From the IMG/VR virus record IMGVR_UViG_3300020190_000007, positions 96,001-160,000 of that record: 64,000 bases of DNA; one strand, 5' to 3'. Of the stretch, positions 1 to 9,600 are shown piece after piece; the first letter of the stretch is position 1; every line of letters starts with the position of its first letter. Origin of the DNA: a virus. A program made the position numbers and the translations under genes. The notes beneath the pieces were generated by a model. It did no database searches. It saw nothing but the letters and a program-made list of their open reading frames with translations, and was not told where the DNA came from.

Positions 1-210
1 AGAAAAGATTCAAGAAAAAAAGCCGATGAAATCACATCAATAACAGGAGAAAGAAAAAATAGTCATCTCAAAACTCATAAAAAAAGATTTGGTTTTAAAA
101 TTCCAACCAATTTAGTTAAAAGTAATTCTCATAAAACAAGTGTATCTCCACTCACATCAATGAAATTATTTGAAGAAATAGACAAAATAAAAAAATTAAT
201 TAGTTATTAA
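1..210 (+). CDS. Partial CDS (C-terminus), hypothetical protein
   Basis: Frame 1 is open from the window edge to TAA at 208-210 and ends ...LFEEIDKIKKLISY, like the C-terminal motif of the 874 ORF. Confidence 0.7.
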   Translation, partial: RKDSRKKADEITSITGERKNSHLKTHKKRFGFKIPTNLVKSNSHKTSVSPLTSMKLFEEIDKIKKLISY

Positions 211-211
211 T

Positions 212-874
212 ATGCCAACACAATTAGAAATAATCGGAGATAGAGAAAGAAATATTCTCATGTCTAAAAATGAGTACAATCTTGGAGATTTGTATAGTTC
301 AAATAATACTGGAGCGCTGTCAGATGGCGATGAAAGAGGTAAAGGAGAATTAAATAATAGTATTGGTTCTAAAACAGATATTGTAGAAAGAACTTCTTTA
401 GTTGCAAAAAATCTTTACGGCCCAACAAATGAATACAGTTCAAATAATGCCGGCGCGTTATCAGATGGCGATGAAAGAGGTAAAGGAGAGTTAAATAATA
501 GTGTTGGTTCTAAAACAGATATTGTAGAAAGAACTTCTTTAGTTGCAAAAAATCTTTACGGCCCAACAAATGAATACAGTAGTGGTAACCCCAATGCACT
601 ATCAGATGGCGATGAAAGAGGTAAAGGAGAATTAAATAATAGTATTGGTTCTAAAACAGATATTGTAGAAAGAAACGGTCTTTTGTCTAAAAACATTTAT
701 AATAATTCTTTTGAATATTCTTCGGGCAACCCTAACGCCTTATCAGATGGCGACGAGAAAGGTAGAGGAGAAAACAATACGGGTGGAGTTGGTACCTTAA
801 CAGATATTAACGAAAGAACGACTTTAGGCGCTAAAAACAAATACGGTAGTACAAAAACTTACCCCGATTTTTAA
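212..874 (+). CDS. Tandem-repeat protein (four 47-aa units), probable virion protein
   Basis: Repeated ALSDGDERGKGELNNSIGSKTDIVER. Confidence 0.75.
   Translation: MPTQLEIIGDRERNILMSKNEYNLGDLYSSNNTGALSDGDERGKGELNNSIGSKTDIVERTSLVAKNLYGPTNEYSSNNAGALSDGDERGKGELNNSVGSKTDIVERTSLVAKNLYGPTNEYSSGNPNALSDGDERGKGELNNSIGSKTDIVERNGLLSKNIYNNSFEYSSGNPNALSDGDEKGRGENNTGGVGTLTDINERTTLGAKNKYGSTKTYPDF
290..850 (+). repeat. 141-bp coding tandem repeat, about 4 copies
   Basis: TCAGATGGCG recurs at 320, 461, 602 and 743. Confidence 0.95.
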
Positions 875-1728
875 TGATAAAATTTCAATCAATATTAACA
901 AACATTTTATCCGAAGCGCCTACAAGAAGTACACAAAAAACCCTTGAAAACGCAATCAAAAATAGAATGCCTGTGTCTTTTGATTATAGAGGACCCAAAG
1001 GAGAGGTTCAACCTGGTAGAAGAATCAAAACGGAATTAGTTGCATCGGGATTAACAAAAAAAGGAAATTTAGCGGTAAGGGGTTATGTTAAACCACCATC
1101 AGTATCTAAAAAAGGATTTAGAAAACATGGATGGAGAACATTTATTATAGATAGAATATCGTCAGGTTCAATCCAAGTTTATGAGGATGAACAATTCAAT
1201 CAGAAAAGACCCGGATATAAAGAAGGTGATGATAATAGTTTTTCTACAACATATGTTACAAGTGATTGGGGAGCAATGAAACAACCCCAACAAACAAAAC
1301 CAACACCATCACCAGAACCAAAAAGAAAAGAAGAACCCAAAAAACAAGAACTACCACAACCAAAACCAAAAGAAAAACCATCCACTGTCCCTGTTGAAAC
1401 ACCAAAAAGAGAAGTTGAGGTTTTCAATGATTTAAAAACAAAGGTTAAAGTTGTTGACAATATCAAACAAATTAGTCCTGAAGAATTTAAAACCGCCATT
1501 GAAGATTTATACAAAAAGAAAATGGACGATTGGAAAAAATCTCAAGTAGATATTGGGGGAAATTTAAACGCTGGCGAAGGTACGAGAAGAAGAATTGAAA
1601 AAGACTCGGAATTAGATTTAGATAGATTATTAAAACAAGATAACATTAAAGTTATTGAACCCCCATCAGAAGAAACTGTTGAGTTACAAGAACAATTAAA
1701 AAGAATCAAGACTTTAATTTTGTTTTAA
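874..1728 (+). CDS. WYL-like domain protein with Pro/Lys-rich linker
   Basis: AIKNRMPVSFDY...GRRI...GWRTFIIDRI resembles the WYL domain pattern. Confidence 0.6.
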   Translation: MIKFQSILTNILSEAPTRSTQKTLENAIKNRMPVSFDYRGPKGEVQPGRRIKTELVASGLTKKGNLAVRGYVKPPSVSKKGFRKHGWRTFIIDRISSGSIQVYEDEQFNQKRPGYKEGDDNSFSTTYVTSDWGAMKQPQQTKPTPSPEPKRKEEPKKQELPQPKPKEKPSTVPVETPKREVEVFNDLKTKVKVVDNIKQISPEEFKTAIEDLYKKKMDDWKKSQVDIGGNLNAGEGTRRRIEKDSELDLDRLLKQDNIKVIEPPSEETVELQEQLKRIKTLILF

Positions 1729-1755
1729 AAATACTTATTTTATAAAAAAATCAAT

Positions 1756-2337
1756 ATGGAAAAAACAGGACAAGGCGTAATATCACAAAATGATTTAATG
1801 CAAAGATTAGTGCAAGCCAAAAAAGTGTTGAACAAAGTTGAGACTGGTGACTTTGAAACAGGTAATGTTAATGAAGAAATACTAAGAAGTAACCCTGAAG
1901 ATATTTTATCGTCAACAACTCAAAACCTACAAGTAAGACAACCACAACAACCAAATTTACAAAAAATACAAGAATCTAAATTACCCGAAGTAATCAAAAG
2001 AGCGATGATTGAAAATCCAATACCACAAATTAGTTTATCGGATTCTTTAGATTTAAACTTTGTCGAAAAAACAAAAAAACTAATGGAATCAGAGGGTGTT
2101 GTCACAAAAAAATCTACACAACAAAGGAGTTCACAAGTAGATAGTTCAGATTTGGTTAAACAACTTACACCAATAATTGAAAACATTGTAAGAAAAACTG
2201 TAGTCGAAATAATGGATTCCAAACTTAATCAAATTTTAACAGCGCAACAAACCATGAGTATTAATGAAAATTTAGTATTAAAGGTTGGTGATTCCGTCTT
2301 TAAAGGTAAAATTACAGGGGTAAATAAATCTAAGTAA
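1756..2337 (+). CDS. Hypothetical protein
   Basis: ORF in the same operon. Confidence 0.7.
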   Translation: MEKTGQGVISQNDLMQRLVQAKKVLNKVETGDFETGNVNEEILRSNPEDILSSTTQNLQVRQPQQPNLQKIQESKLPEVIKRAMIENPIPQISLSDSLDLNFVEKTKKLMESEGVVTKKSTQQRSSQVDSSDLVKQLTPIIENIVRKTVVEIMDSKLNQILTAQQTMSINENLVLKVGDSVFKGKITGVNKSK

Positions 2338-2389
2338 GTTTGACTTTTTCAATTTCTTTTCTTATAATTTATAAAAAGAAAAGATTTGA

Positions 2390-3610
2390 ATGTCAAAAAT
2401 TAAAATTTTAGCAATACCCCCCGATACACATGGTGTAGGTAAATATAGAATATTAGACCCATATAAATTTATTGGAGACCATTATAGTGACGAATTTCAT
2501 GTCGACATTACATTCTCTGCTGAAAACAACGATAATTTCTTTAAGAACTACGATATTGTGGTCTTCCACAGTTTTATCCATCAAACGAGTCACGAAGAAA
2601 ATATTTCAAGAATTAAGTGGTTAAAATCTCAGGGTATTAAAACCGTAATGGATATTGATGACCATTGGTCTCCCGACCACAGACACCCAATGTATTTTCA
2701 CATTAGAGAAAGTGAGCTACCAAAGAAAAAAGCTGACATGATGAAAGAGTCGGACTACGTTACGTGTACGACTGAATATTTTGCCGATACTTTAAGAAAA
2801 AGATTAAATTTAAAAAATGTTTTAGTATTCCCTAACGCAATCGACCCAAATGAGAGCCAATTTAAACCTAAACCCACACAATCAGATAGACTTAGATTTG
2901 GGTGGCTTGGAGGTTCAACCCACTTACATGATTTAGAACAAATTAGAGGTGGAATTTCAATGATTAATAATGAATACGATAATATTCAATTTGTCTTGTG
3001 TGGTTACGATTTAAGGGGTTCTATTACTGAGGTAAATCAACAAACAGGTGAAAAAAAAACACGACAAATTCAACCCACGGAAACGGTTTGGTACAAATAC
3101 GAACAAATATTTACGGACAATTACAAAACAATTGACTCTGAGTATAAATCATATTTAATGAATTTTACACAAACACCAGAAATTGACGATAGTGATAAAA
3201 AATATAGAAGAGTTTGGACACAACCAATTGGAAAATATGGTTATAATTATAACTTATTTGATGTATCTTTAGCACCAATTATACCCTCACAATTCAACTC
3301 CTGTAAATCACAGTTAAAAATAATCGAGGCGGGTTTCCATAAAAAACCTATTATTGCAAGTGAAACATTGCCCTATACGATTGATTTAAAAACAGCATAC
3401 AAAGAAGGTAAGTTGTTAGATAACGGTAACGCTTTATTAGTACATGAAAACAAAAACCATAAACTGTGGTCAAAGTATATGAAATTATTAATAAATAATC
3501 CAAATATGGTTGAAGATTTGGGTAATAGATTATACGAGACAGTGAAAGACAAATACTCTTTAGTAACAGTTTCAAAAAACAGAACAGAATTTTTCAAATC
3601 AATAATTTAA
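2390..3610 (+). CDS. Glycosyltransferase (GT-B fold)
   Basis: DIDDHW, FGWLGGSTH, DVSLAP...FNSCKSQLKIIEAG. Confidence 0.8.
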   Translation: MSKIKILAIPPDTHGVGKYRILDPYKFIGDHYSDEFHVDITFSAENNDNFFKNYDIVVFHSFIHQTSHEENISRIKWLKSQGIKTVMDIDDHWSPDHRHPMYFHIRESELPKKKADMMKESDYVTCTTEYFADTLRKRLNLKNVLVFPNAIDPNESQFKPKPTQSDRLRFGWLGGSTHLHDLEQIRGGISMINNEYDNIQFVLCGYDLRGSITEVNQQTGEKKTRQIQPTETVWYKYEQIFTDNYKTIDSEYKSYLMNFTQTPEIDDSDKKYRRVWTQPIGKYGYNYNLFDVSLAPIIPSQFNSCKSQLKIIEAGFHKKPIIASETLPYTIDLKTAYKEGKLLDNGNALLVHENKNHKLWSKYMKLLINNPNMVEDLGNRLYETVKDKYSLVTVSKNRTEFFKSII

Positions 3611-3622
3611 AAACAAAAAACC

Positions 3623-3856
3623 ATGCATTATTTAGTAACAGTAGGTTATGAAACCGAAAATTTAGACAGAAACGGTAATTCAAGATTGCAAAAAGTTAAG
3701 TACATTGTAGAAGCTGAGTCGGTTGAAGAAGCAACTTTGGTTGTTTCAAAGTACAGAGCCGGAGACACGAGGTCTTCAGAAAGTTTGGCGATTGTAAAGA
3801 TGCCAATCGAATGTATTATTGACCCACAAAATACTCCTGAGTACTTTAAAAAATAA
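3623..3856 (+). CDS. Small protein, DUF4494-like
   Basis: KVKYIVEAESVEEA resembles the Bacteroidota DUF4494 pattern. Confidence 0.45.
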   Translation: MHYLVTVGYETENLDRNGNSRLQKVKYIVEAESVEEATLVVSKYRAGDTRSSESLAIVKMPIECIIDPQNTPEYFKK

Positions 3857-3861
3857 TTAAA

Positions 3862-4428
3862 ATGTTAACCGCAGAGCAAATAGAGTCAAACAAGAAAAAG
3901 TTTCTTGAAACAAACTCGAAATATAAAATTTTTACAGAAGAGTTGTTAGACTTTTTGGGTAATGACTTTTTTTTAGCACCAGCTTCCACATCTTTAGACA
4001 TGTATGGGTGTTTTCCAGGTGGATTATTGGGTCATTGTTTTAAAGCCGCGAAGTATTCGGTTAAAACCAATGAACTACTCCCTGAAACAATGAGGGTAGA
4101 AACGTCTTCTATTTTGAAGTGTATATTTTTATCACAGATTGGTAAAACTTTTATGTTTAAACCAAACCCAAGTGAATGGCATAGAAAAAACCTTGGTAAA
4201 ATGTACGAATTCAACGAACAGGAAGTTTCAATGAAATCAGGTGAAAGGGCAATATATTATGCGGTAAACAACGGGGTAAAATTATCAGAAGACGAATTCC
4301 AATCAATCATGAACTCGGATAAAGAATCGGATGATAAAATGGCTAAGTATCGTTCTGGTACTTTATCTAATGTAATAAGAGTCGGTTTTGAACTATCAAT
4401 ATTAGAAGAAAAAAATGGACAAAAATGA
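3862..4428 (+). CDS. HD-fold hydrolase-like protein (YhaM-like), HD motif degenerate
   Basis: APAS...GGLLGH present; LSQIGK where LHDIGK is expected. Confidence 0.55.
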   Translation: MLTAEQIESNKKKFLETNSKYKIFTEELLDFLGNDFFLAPASTSLDMYGCFPGGLLGHCFKAAKYSVKTNELLPETMRVETSSILKCIFLSQIGKTFMFKPNPSEWHRKNLGKMYEFNEQEVSMKSGERAIYYAVNNGVKLSEDEFQSIMNSDKESDDKMAKYRSGTLSNVIRVGFELSILEEKNGQK

Positions 4429-5014
4429 AATTGAGTCGTATATTAAACGACTCCAAGAATTAGAAAAAGAAATCCTTAACGATAACTCCGATGATACGTC
4501 AATTATGGGAGACTTAAATAATTTGTTATTTAGTCTTGGTGATGATATCAAAAATCAAGTTGAGGAACAAGTTAATCGATTTGAAGTAAAAGTTAAAAAA
4601 TTACATCCTGACGCAGTGATTCCCAAATACGCAAAAGATGGAGACGCGGGAATGGATTTAGTTGCAACATCAATCTTATCGGAAACCACAACTCATGTTA
4701 CTTATGGTACAGGAATCTCTATTGAAATTCCAAAAGGTTTTGTTGGGTTAATATTTCCTCGCTCATCTATTAGAAAATATGATTTATCATTAACAAATTG
4801 TGTCGGTGTAGTTGATAGTGGATATAGGGGGGAATTACAAGCAACATTCAAAAAATCTAATTGGTTAAAAGGAAATGAATCTGAAAAATATCAAATCGGT
4901 GATAGGATTGTTCAAATAATGATAATTCCATATCCTTCAGTCACTTTTGTTTGGGTAGACGAATTATCTCAAACAGACAGGGGGGAAGGGGGGTTTGGTT
5001 CTACGGGTTCATAA
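4415..5014 (+). CDS. dut: dUTPase with N-terminal extension
   Basis: DAGMDL, PRSS, GVVDSGYRGE, RGEGGFGSTG. Confidence 0.95.
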   Translation: MDKNEIESYIKRLQELEKEILNDNSDDTSIMGDLNNLLFSLGDDIKNQVEEQVNRFEVKVKKLHPDAVIPKYAKDGDAGMDLVATSILSETTTHVTYGTGISIEIPKGFVGLIFPRSSIRKYDLSLTNCVGVVDSGYRGELQATFKKSNWLKGNESEKYQIGDRIVQIMIIPYPSVTFVWVDELSQTDRGEGGFGSTGS

Positions 5015-5037
5015 TAATTTTATTAAAAAAAACTGAA

Positions 5038-5754
5038 TTGAGAAAATCAACAATAAAAACCGTAAATGTAGTGGAAGATAAAAAAACATCTAAAAAAGAT
5101 AGAATTAGGCAAATTATAAAACAACCTAAAGAAAAATTTCTTAACAAAAATCAAGAAAATTATTGGAAAACTTTAGGTGAAAATGAAATAACATTTTGTT
5201 TTGGACCCGCCGGTGTTGGTAAATCTTATATTGCAATGAAAAGGGCTGTTGATTTACTTTGGGACGAAAATAATAAATATGAAAAAATTATTATCGTTAG
5301 GCCAGCGGTCGAAGCGGAGGAAAAATTAGGTTCACTACCCGGTGGATTAGAAGAAAAACTAGACCCATACATCTATCCTTCATACTATTTACTAAATAAA
5401 ATAATAGGTAAAGAGGCAAGAGAAAAATTAAAAGATGAAGGGTTTATTGAAATTGCCGCATTGGCTTATATGAGAGGATGGAATGTTGACAATACAATTT
5501 TAGTCTTCGAAGAGGCTCAAAACACAACCCCGTCCCAAATGAAACTTTTATTGACCCGTATTGGGTTTAATTCAAAATTTTTTATTTCGGGAGATTTAGA
5601 ACAATCAGACAAATTTAAAGACAAAACAAAAACCGGATTATACGACGCAAAAGTAAGACTTGGTGATTTAAAAAACATCGGTGTATTTGAATTTAGTAAT
5701 GAGGATATTGTTAGAAATCCAATTATTACTCAAATCTTAAAAATGTACGATTAA
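5038..5754 (+). CDS. phoH: PhoH-family ATPase (probable TTG start)
   Basis: GPAGVGKS, RPAVEAEEKLGSLPG, YMRG, EEAQN, GDLEQSD. Confidence 0.92.
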   Translation: MRKSTIKTVNVVEDKKTSKKDRIRQIIKQPKEKFLNKNQENYWKTLGENEITFCFGPAGVGKSYIAMKRAVDLLWDENNKYEKIIIVRPAVEAEEKLGSLPGGLEEKLDPYIYPSYYLLNKIIGKEAREKLKDEGFIEIAALAYMRGWNVDNTILVFEEAQNTTPSQMKLLLTRIGFNSKFFISGDLEQSDKFKDKTKTGLYDAKVRLGDLKNIGVFEFSNEDIVRNPIITQILKMYD

Positions 5755-5791
5755 ACTTTACTTATAAAATTTTATAAATTATATTTCCTAT

Positions 5792-6472
5792 ATGGAAATA
5801 TTTGTTGGTATTGATGGTGTTTTAAGAAATACAATACAGAAATTTGATTACCATTATAGAGATTATTTTTTAAACACCGAAACATGTGAGGAAGAAAAGT
5901 TTGATTATGGTGTAAATGGTGTGCCAATATCTATTGAAAATTTGTTAAGTACCTACAATTTTCAATCAATCGATGAATTTAATAAATTTTTATATTTTGA
6001 TTTCCCAATTGAAATATATGGACACGCCGGTTTGAGTTATAATCAAGCAGCCACTGAATTAAACAAATTAATTTTTGAAAATAAAAACCACAAAATAACC
6101 TTAGTTGGTTTAAGCGAAAAGGGTAAAGCAAAACCCGCCACACTCTTTTTTCTTTCAAAAAATGGTATTATATGTGATAATATCATTTTTTCAACGACTG
6201 GAGAAATAAAAAAATTATGGAAAAAATGTGATTTATGGATAACGGATGATATAAATGTTGTTTCACAATGTCCAATACACAAAAAAGTTATAAAATTTAA
6301 TACCTTTTATAATAATAACTTTACAAATAAACTACAAATAAATAAATTATCAGAAATAAATAAAACATGGTTGAAATTTTCGGTAAAAACTATTATATCG
6401 ATGTTGATAGAATCAGTGACAAATGTCAAACGGGTAATCAAATTCAAAATGAGGACGGAATCACAACATTAG
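5792..6472 (+). CDS. HAD-superfamily nucleotidase-like protein
   Basis: N-terminal GIDGVL and later WITDD. Confidence 0.55.
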   Translation: MEIFVGIDGVLRNTIQKFDYHYRDYFLNTETCEEEKFDYGVNGVPISIENLLSTYNFQSIDEFNKFLYFDFPIEIYGHAGLSYNQAATELNKLIFENKNHKITLVGLSEKGKAKPATLFFLSKNGIICDNIIFSTTGEIKKLWKKCDLWITDDINVVSQCPIHKKVIKFNTFYNNNFTNKLQINKLSEINKTWLKFSVKTIISMLIESVTNVKRVIKFKMRTESQH

Positions 6473-6648
6473 AAATAAACCTATTTAAATATGAGATTAT
6501 TAAAAGTTGTATTGAGAGAATACTAAATGAGTTTGATGAAGTAGATGAAGAATTGGGTGAATTTGGCCAAAGTAGTTTATCAACATCTTTTAAAATTGCT
6601 TTTAATACTCTAATAAAATATGACATACTAATATCAGAAGATGAATAA
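6367..6648 (+). CDS. Hypothetical protein
   Basis: ORF overlapping its neighbours in the operon. Confidence 0.65.
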   Translation: MVEIFGKNYYIDVDRISDKCQTGNQIQNEDGITTLEINLFKYEIIKSCIERILNEFDEVDEELGEFGQSSLSTSFKIAFNTLIKYDILISEDE

Positions 6649-7726
6649 CAAAGAAAATATAGAAAAATTATCGGTTGCTTTAGAAAAACTAAAAACCAAA
6701 ACCAACACCATATATTTTTTGGTGTACGATACAAAAAAGAATCCAAGAGCGTCAGTAAAGCATATTTACGACATCGCTTTAACTTTAAAACAAAGTGGGT
6801 ATAATTCAAAATTACTTGTTGAAGATAAAACATATTCAGGAGTGAATTCTTGGTTGGGTGACAATTACTCCGAATTAGAAATTGTAACAATTAAAGACGA
6901 CCGAGTTGAAATCAAAATTGAAGATGTTATTATTGTTCCTGAGTACTATTCGAACGTGTTGGAATCTATGACCAATATTAGATGTGTAAAAGTCATGTTA
7001 GTTCAACAAAAAGAATACATTTTTGAAACATTACCAATTGGTAGTAGATGGTCCGATTACGGATTTGATAGGGTAATCACAACTACTAAATTTTCTAAAA
7101 AATATATTAGTGAGATTTTTCCCGAGTCTCTGGTGCATATTATTCCTCCAATTATAGGTGATGAATTTAAGGTTAATGATAAAAATACAAAACCAATTAT
7201 TTCTATAATGTGCAAAGACAGGTCAACAAACAAGAGAATTATATCTGAATTTTATATTAGATACCCACACTTGAGGTGGTTGACGTTTAGAGACATGGTT
7301 AATATGTCTTATCAAGAATTTGCTGATAACCTGAGAGAGTGTATTGTTTCAGTATGGGTAGATGAAGATTCCACATTTGGGACCTTCCCATTAGAATCGA
7401 TGAAATCGGGAGTACCCGTAATCGGTAAGATACCAAAGAATGAACCAGATTGGTTAAGTGAAAATGGTATGTGGACATATGACGATTCAAAAATTGTTGA
7501 AATCCTCGGAACATATATTAACGCTTGGTTGGAGGGTGTTGAAATTAATGATGATATCAAAAATAAAATGAAAGACACGTTGTTGCCATATGAATCAGAT
7601 ATTACAAAAAGTAACATATTAAATATTTTTGATTCATTTATAAATAAAAGAATTGATGTAATAGAACAAGCAATAAATAAAATAAAAGAAGAATTTAATA
7701 AATCAACTAAAGAAGAGGTATCATGA
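6641..7726 (+). CDS. Glycosyltransferase (GT-B-like)
   Basis: FGTFPLESMKSGVPVIG donor-binding-like motif. Confidence 0.7.
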   Translation: MNNKENIEKLSVALEKLKTKTNTIYFLVYDTKKNPRASVKHIYDIALTLKQSGYNSKLLVEDKTYSGVNSWLGDNYSELEIVTIKDDRVEIKIEDVIIVPEYYSNVLESMTNIRCVKVMLVQQKEYIFETLPIGSRWSDYGFDRVITTTKFSKKYISEIFPESLVHIIPPIIGDEFKVNDKNTKPIISIMCKDRSTNKRIISEFYIRYPHLRWLTFRDMVNMSYQEFADNLRECIVSVWVDEDSTFGTFPLESMKSGVPVIGKIPKNEPDWLSENGMWTYDDSKIVEILGTYINAWLEGVEINDDIKNKMKDTLLPYESDITKSNILNIFDSFINKRIDVIEQAINKIKEEFNKSTKEEVS

Positions 7727-8502
7727 AAGACATATCAATAATTTTACCCATTCATAAATGGGATGAGGAATATGAAACGATGTTTAGAAACGCGTTCAGT
7801 TCAGCCGAACAATTTTATAACGATGTAAAGTTGATAATTGTTGGGCCACCAAGTGTTGTTTCAAAAATAAACATTGAACAATCTAATTTGGAGTATAAAA
7901 TAATGGAAAACAGTGGTGAACAAGATTTTTGTTCACAGATTAATCTAGGTATCACAAATTGTGACACAGAGTGGTTTTCTATTTTGGAAGTTGATGATGA
8001 ATATCACAAAAATTGGTTAACATTAGTAAACTCATACAGAAAAGAAAACCCTGAAGTTGGGGCTTTTTTAAGTTTAGTAAAAGATATCAATGTTGAAGGA
8101 AAGTTTTTAAGTTACACCAATGAATCAACTTGGGCCTATGGATTTACAGATAAACAGGGATTCTTAGATAATGAAGCTTTATTAGAATACCAAAACTTTC
8201 AAATTAATGGTGGCCTATACAAAACATCTGTTATAACAGAGTATGGTAAATTAAAATCAAACATCAAACTAACATTTGGTTATGAATTTTTATTAAGGTT
8301 AACACATAACAATGTGAATGTCATGACGATTCCGAGATTAGGATACCAACACGTAAACTTTAGAGAGGATTCTTTATTTTGGAATTATAAAAATTCAGAA
8401 AAAATGAGACTTTCACAAGAAGAGGTTAAATTTTGGTTAAACACAGCAAAAAAAGAGTTTTTCTTCAAAAACGTAAGAGATATAAATTATGTAGAAAATT
8501 AA
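7723..8502 (+). CDS. Glycosyltransferase family 2-like
   Basis: ISIILPIH, INLGI, EVDD. Confidence 0.75.
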   Translation: MKDISIILPIHKWDEEYETMFRNAFSSAEQFYNDVKLIIVGPPSVVSKINIEQSNLEYKIMENSGEQDFCSQINLGITNCDTEWFSILEVDDEYHKNWLTLVNSYRKENPEVGAFLSLVKDINVEGKFLSYTNESTWAYGFTDKQGFLDNEALLEYQNFQINGGLYKTSVITEYGKLKSNIKLTFGYEFLLRLTHNNVNVMTIPRLGYQHVNFREDSLFWNYKNSEKMRLSQEEVKFWLNTAKKEFFFKNVRDINYVEN

Positions 8503-8505
8503 TAT

Positions 8506-9204
8506 ATGCCGCGTAAACGAACCCAAAAAATATATTTTGGGGAGGAACAAGAAAAAGCGGTTGTAAGATACTTAGAATCCGAATCCGAAACAGAAAAGAA
8601 TAAGATATTCAACGAATATTTAAGAGAACCTCTCACAATAATGGTCGAAAGCATAATTCGACGTTATAAATTATATAGAAAAGATTTTGAATTTGTGGAC
8701 ATACACGCAGATACAATGTCTTTTTTAATGACGAAGATTAATAAATTTGACCATACAAAAAACCATAAAGCTTATTCTTATTTTGGTACTATTTGTAAAA
8801 ACTACTTAATGGGTGCAATTCAAAGGGACGCTAAAGAAATGAATCGAAGCGTTTCTTACGATGATATCTCATCCGATTTAGAGGAAAGTGCAGAGCATTC
8901 TTATTACATTGATGAATATCATATTGATTACAAAGATGTTATAATAAAATTTATAATTGAATTAGAAACCTTTATAGAGACAGAAGAATTGAATGATAAT
9001 GAACAGAAAATAGGGTATGCTTTAATTGAGATTTTTAGCAACTTTGAAAAAATATTCCAAATAGGTGAAGGAAATAAATTCAATAAAAATTTAATTCTAT
9101 TATCATTAAGAGAAATGACATCATTATCAACAAAAGAAATCAGAATCTCTCTAAAGAGATATAAAAAAGTTTACGAAGGAATCATGGTAAGATTCGTAAA
9201 TTAA
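8506..9204 (+). CDS. Phage late-transcription sigma factor (T4 gp55-like)
   Basis: KFDHTKNHKAYSYFGTICKNYL resembles sigma region 2 of gp55-like proteins. Confidence 0.7.
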   Translation: MPRKRTQKIYFGEEQEKAVVRYLESESETEKNKIFNEYLREPLTIMVESIIRRYKLYRKDFEFVDIHADTMSFLMTKINKFDHTKNHKAYSYFGTICKNYLMGAIQRDAKEMNRSVSYDDISSDLEESAEHSYYIDEYHIDYKDVIIKFIIELETFIETEELNDNEQKIGYALIEIFSNFEKIFQIGEGNKFNKNLILLSLREMTSLSTKEIRISLKRYKKVYEGIMVRFVN

Positions 9205-9225
9205 CTATTTCTCTATTTATATATT

Positions 9226-9600
9226 ATGAGGGAAAAGAAAAATATAATATCATTAGACACAGATTCAGCGTTAGCGTTGATGCAAGAAATCTACAACGAT
9301 ATTGTTGAACAAAAAAATACTGCGTCAATGATAACTAAAAAAATGTTAACATTCATGAAAGACGCTGAGGATATGAGCGTCATTGGTCCCGTCATTAAAG
9401 AACAACAAAAAATATTAAACGATTGTACCGAAAAAAAGATTTCATTAGTTAAACTTCAAGGAGCCTTATTAAAACAAACCCAAGGAAGTGGCCCAAATTC
9501 AAGTGGTGGTAAATTACAACTTACTGATGAAGATAGAGTCATATTGGAAAAACTGATGAATGATACTGAAGGAGAGTCGTCAGGAACATATACAGACTAA
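9226..9600 (+). CDS. Hypothetical protein
   Basis: ORF preceded by TATTTATA. Confidence 0.7.
   Translation: MREKKNIISLDTDSALALMQEIYNDIVEQKNTASMITKKMLTFMKDAEDMSVIGPVIKEQQKILNDCTEKKISLVKLQGALLKQTQGSGPNSSGGKLQLTDEDRVILEKLMNDTEGESSGTYTD

Noticed and set aside
290-850. CRISPR-like repeat
   Set aside because: In-frame coding repeat with no unique spacers
4951-5037. Extended PhoH N-terminus
   Set aside because: Overlaps the conserved dUTPase C-terminus; TTG at 5038 is the more plausible start
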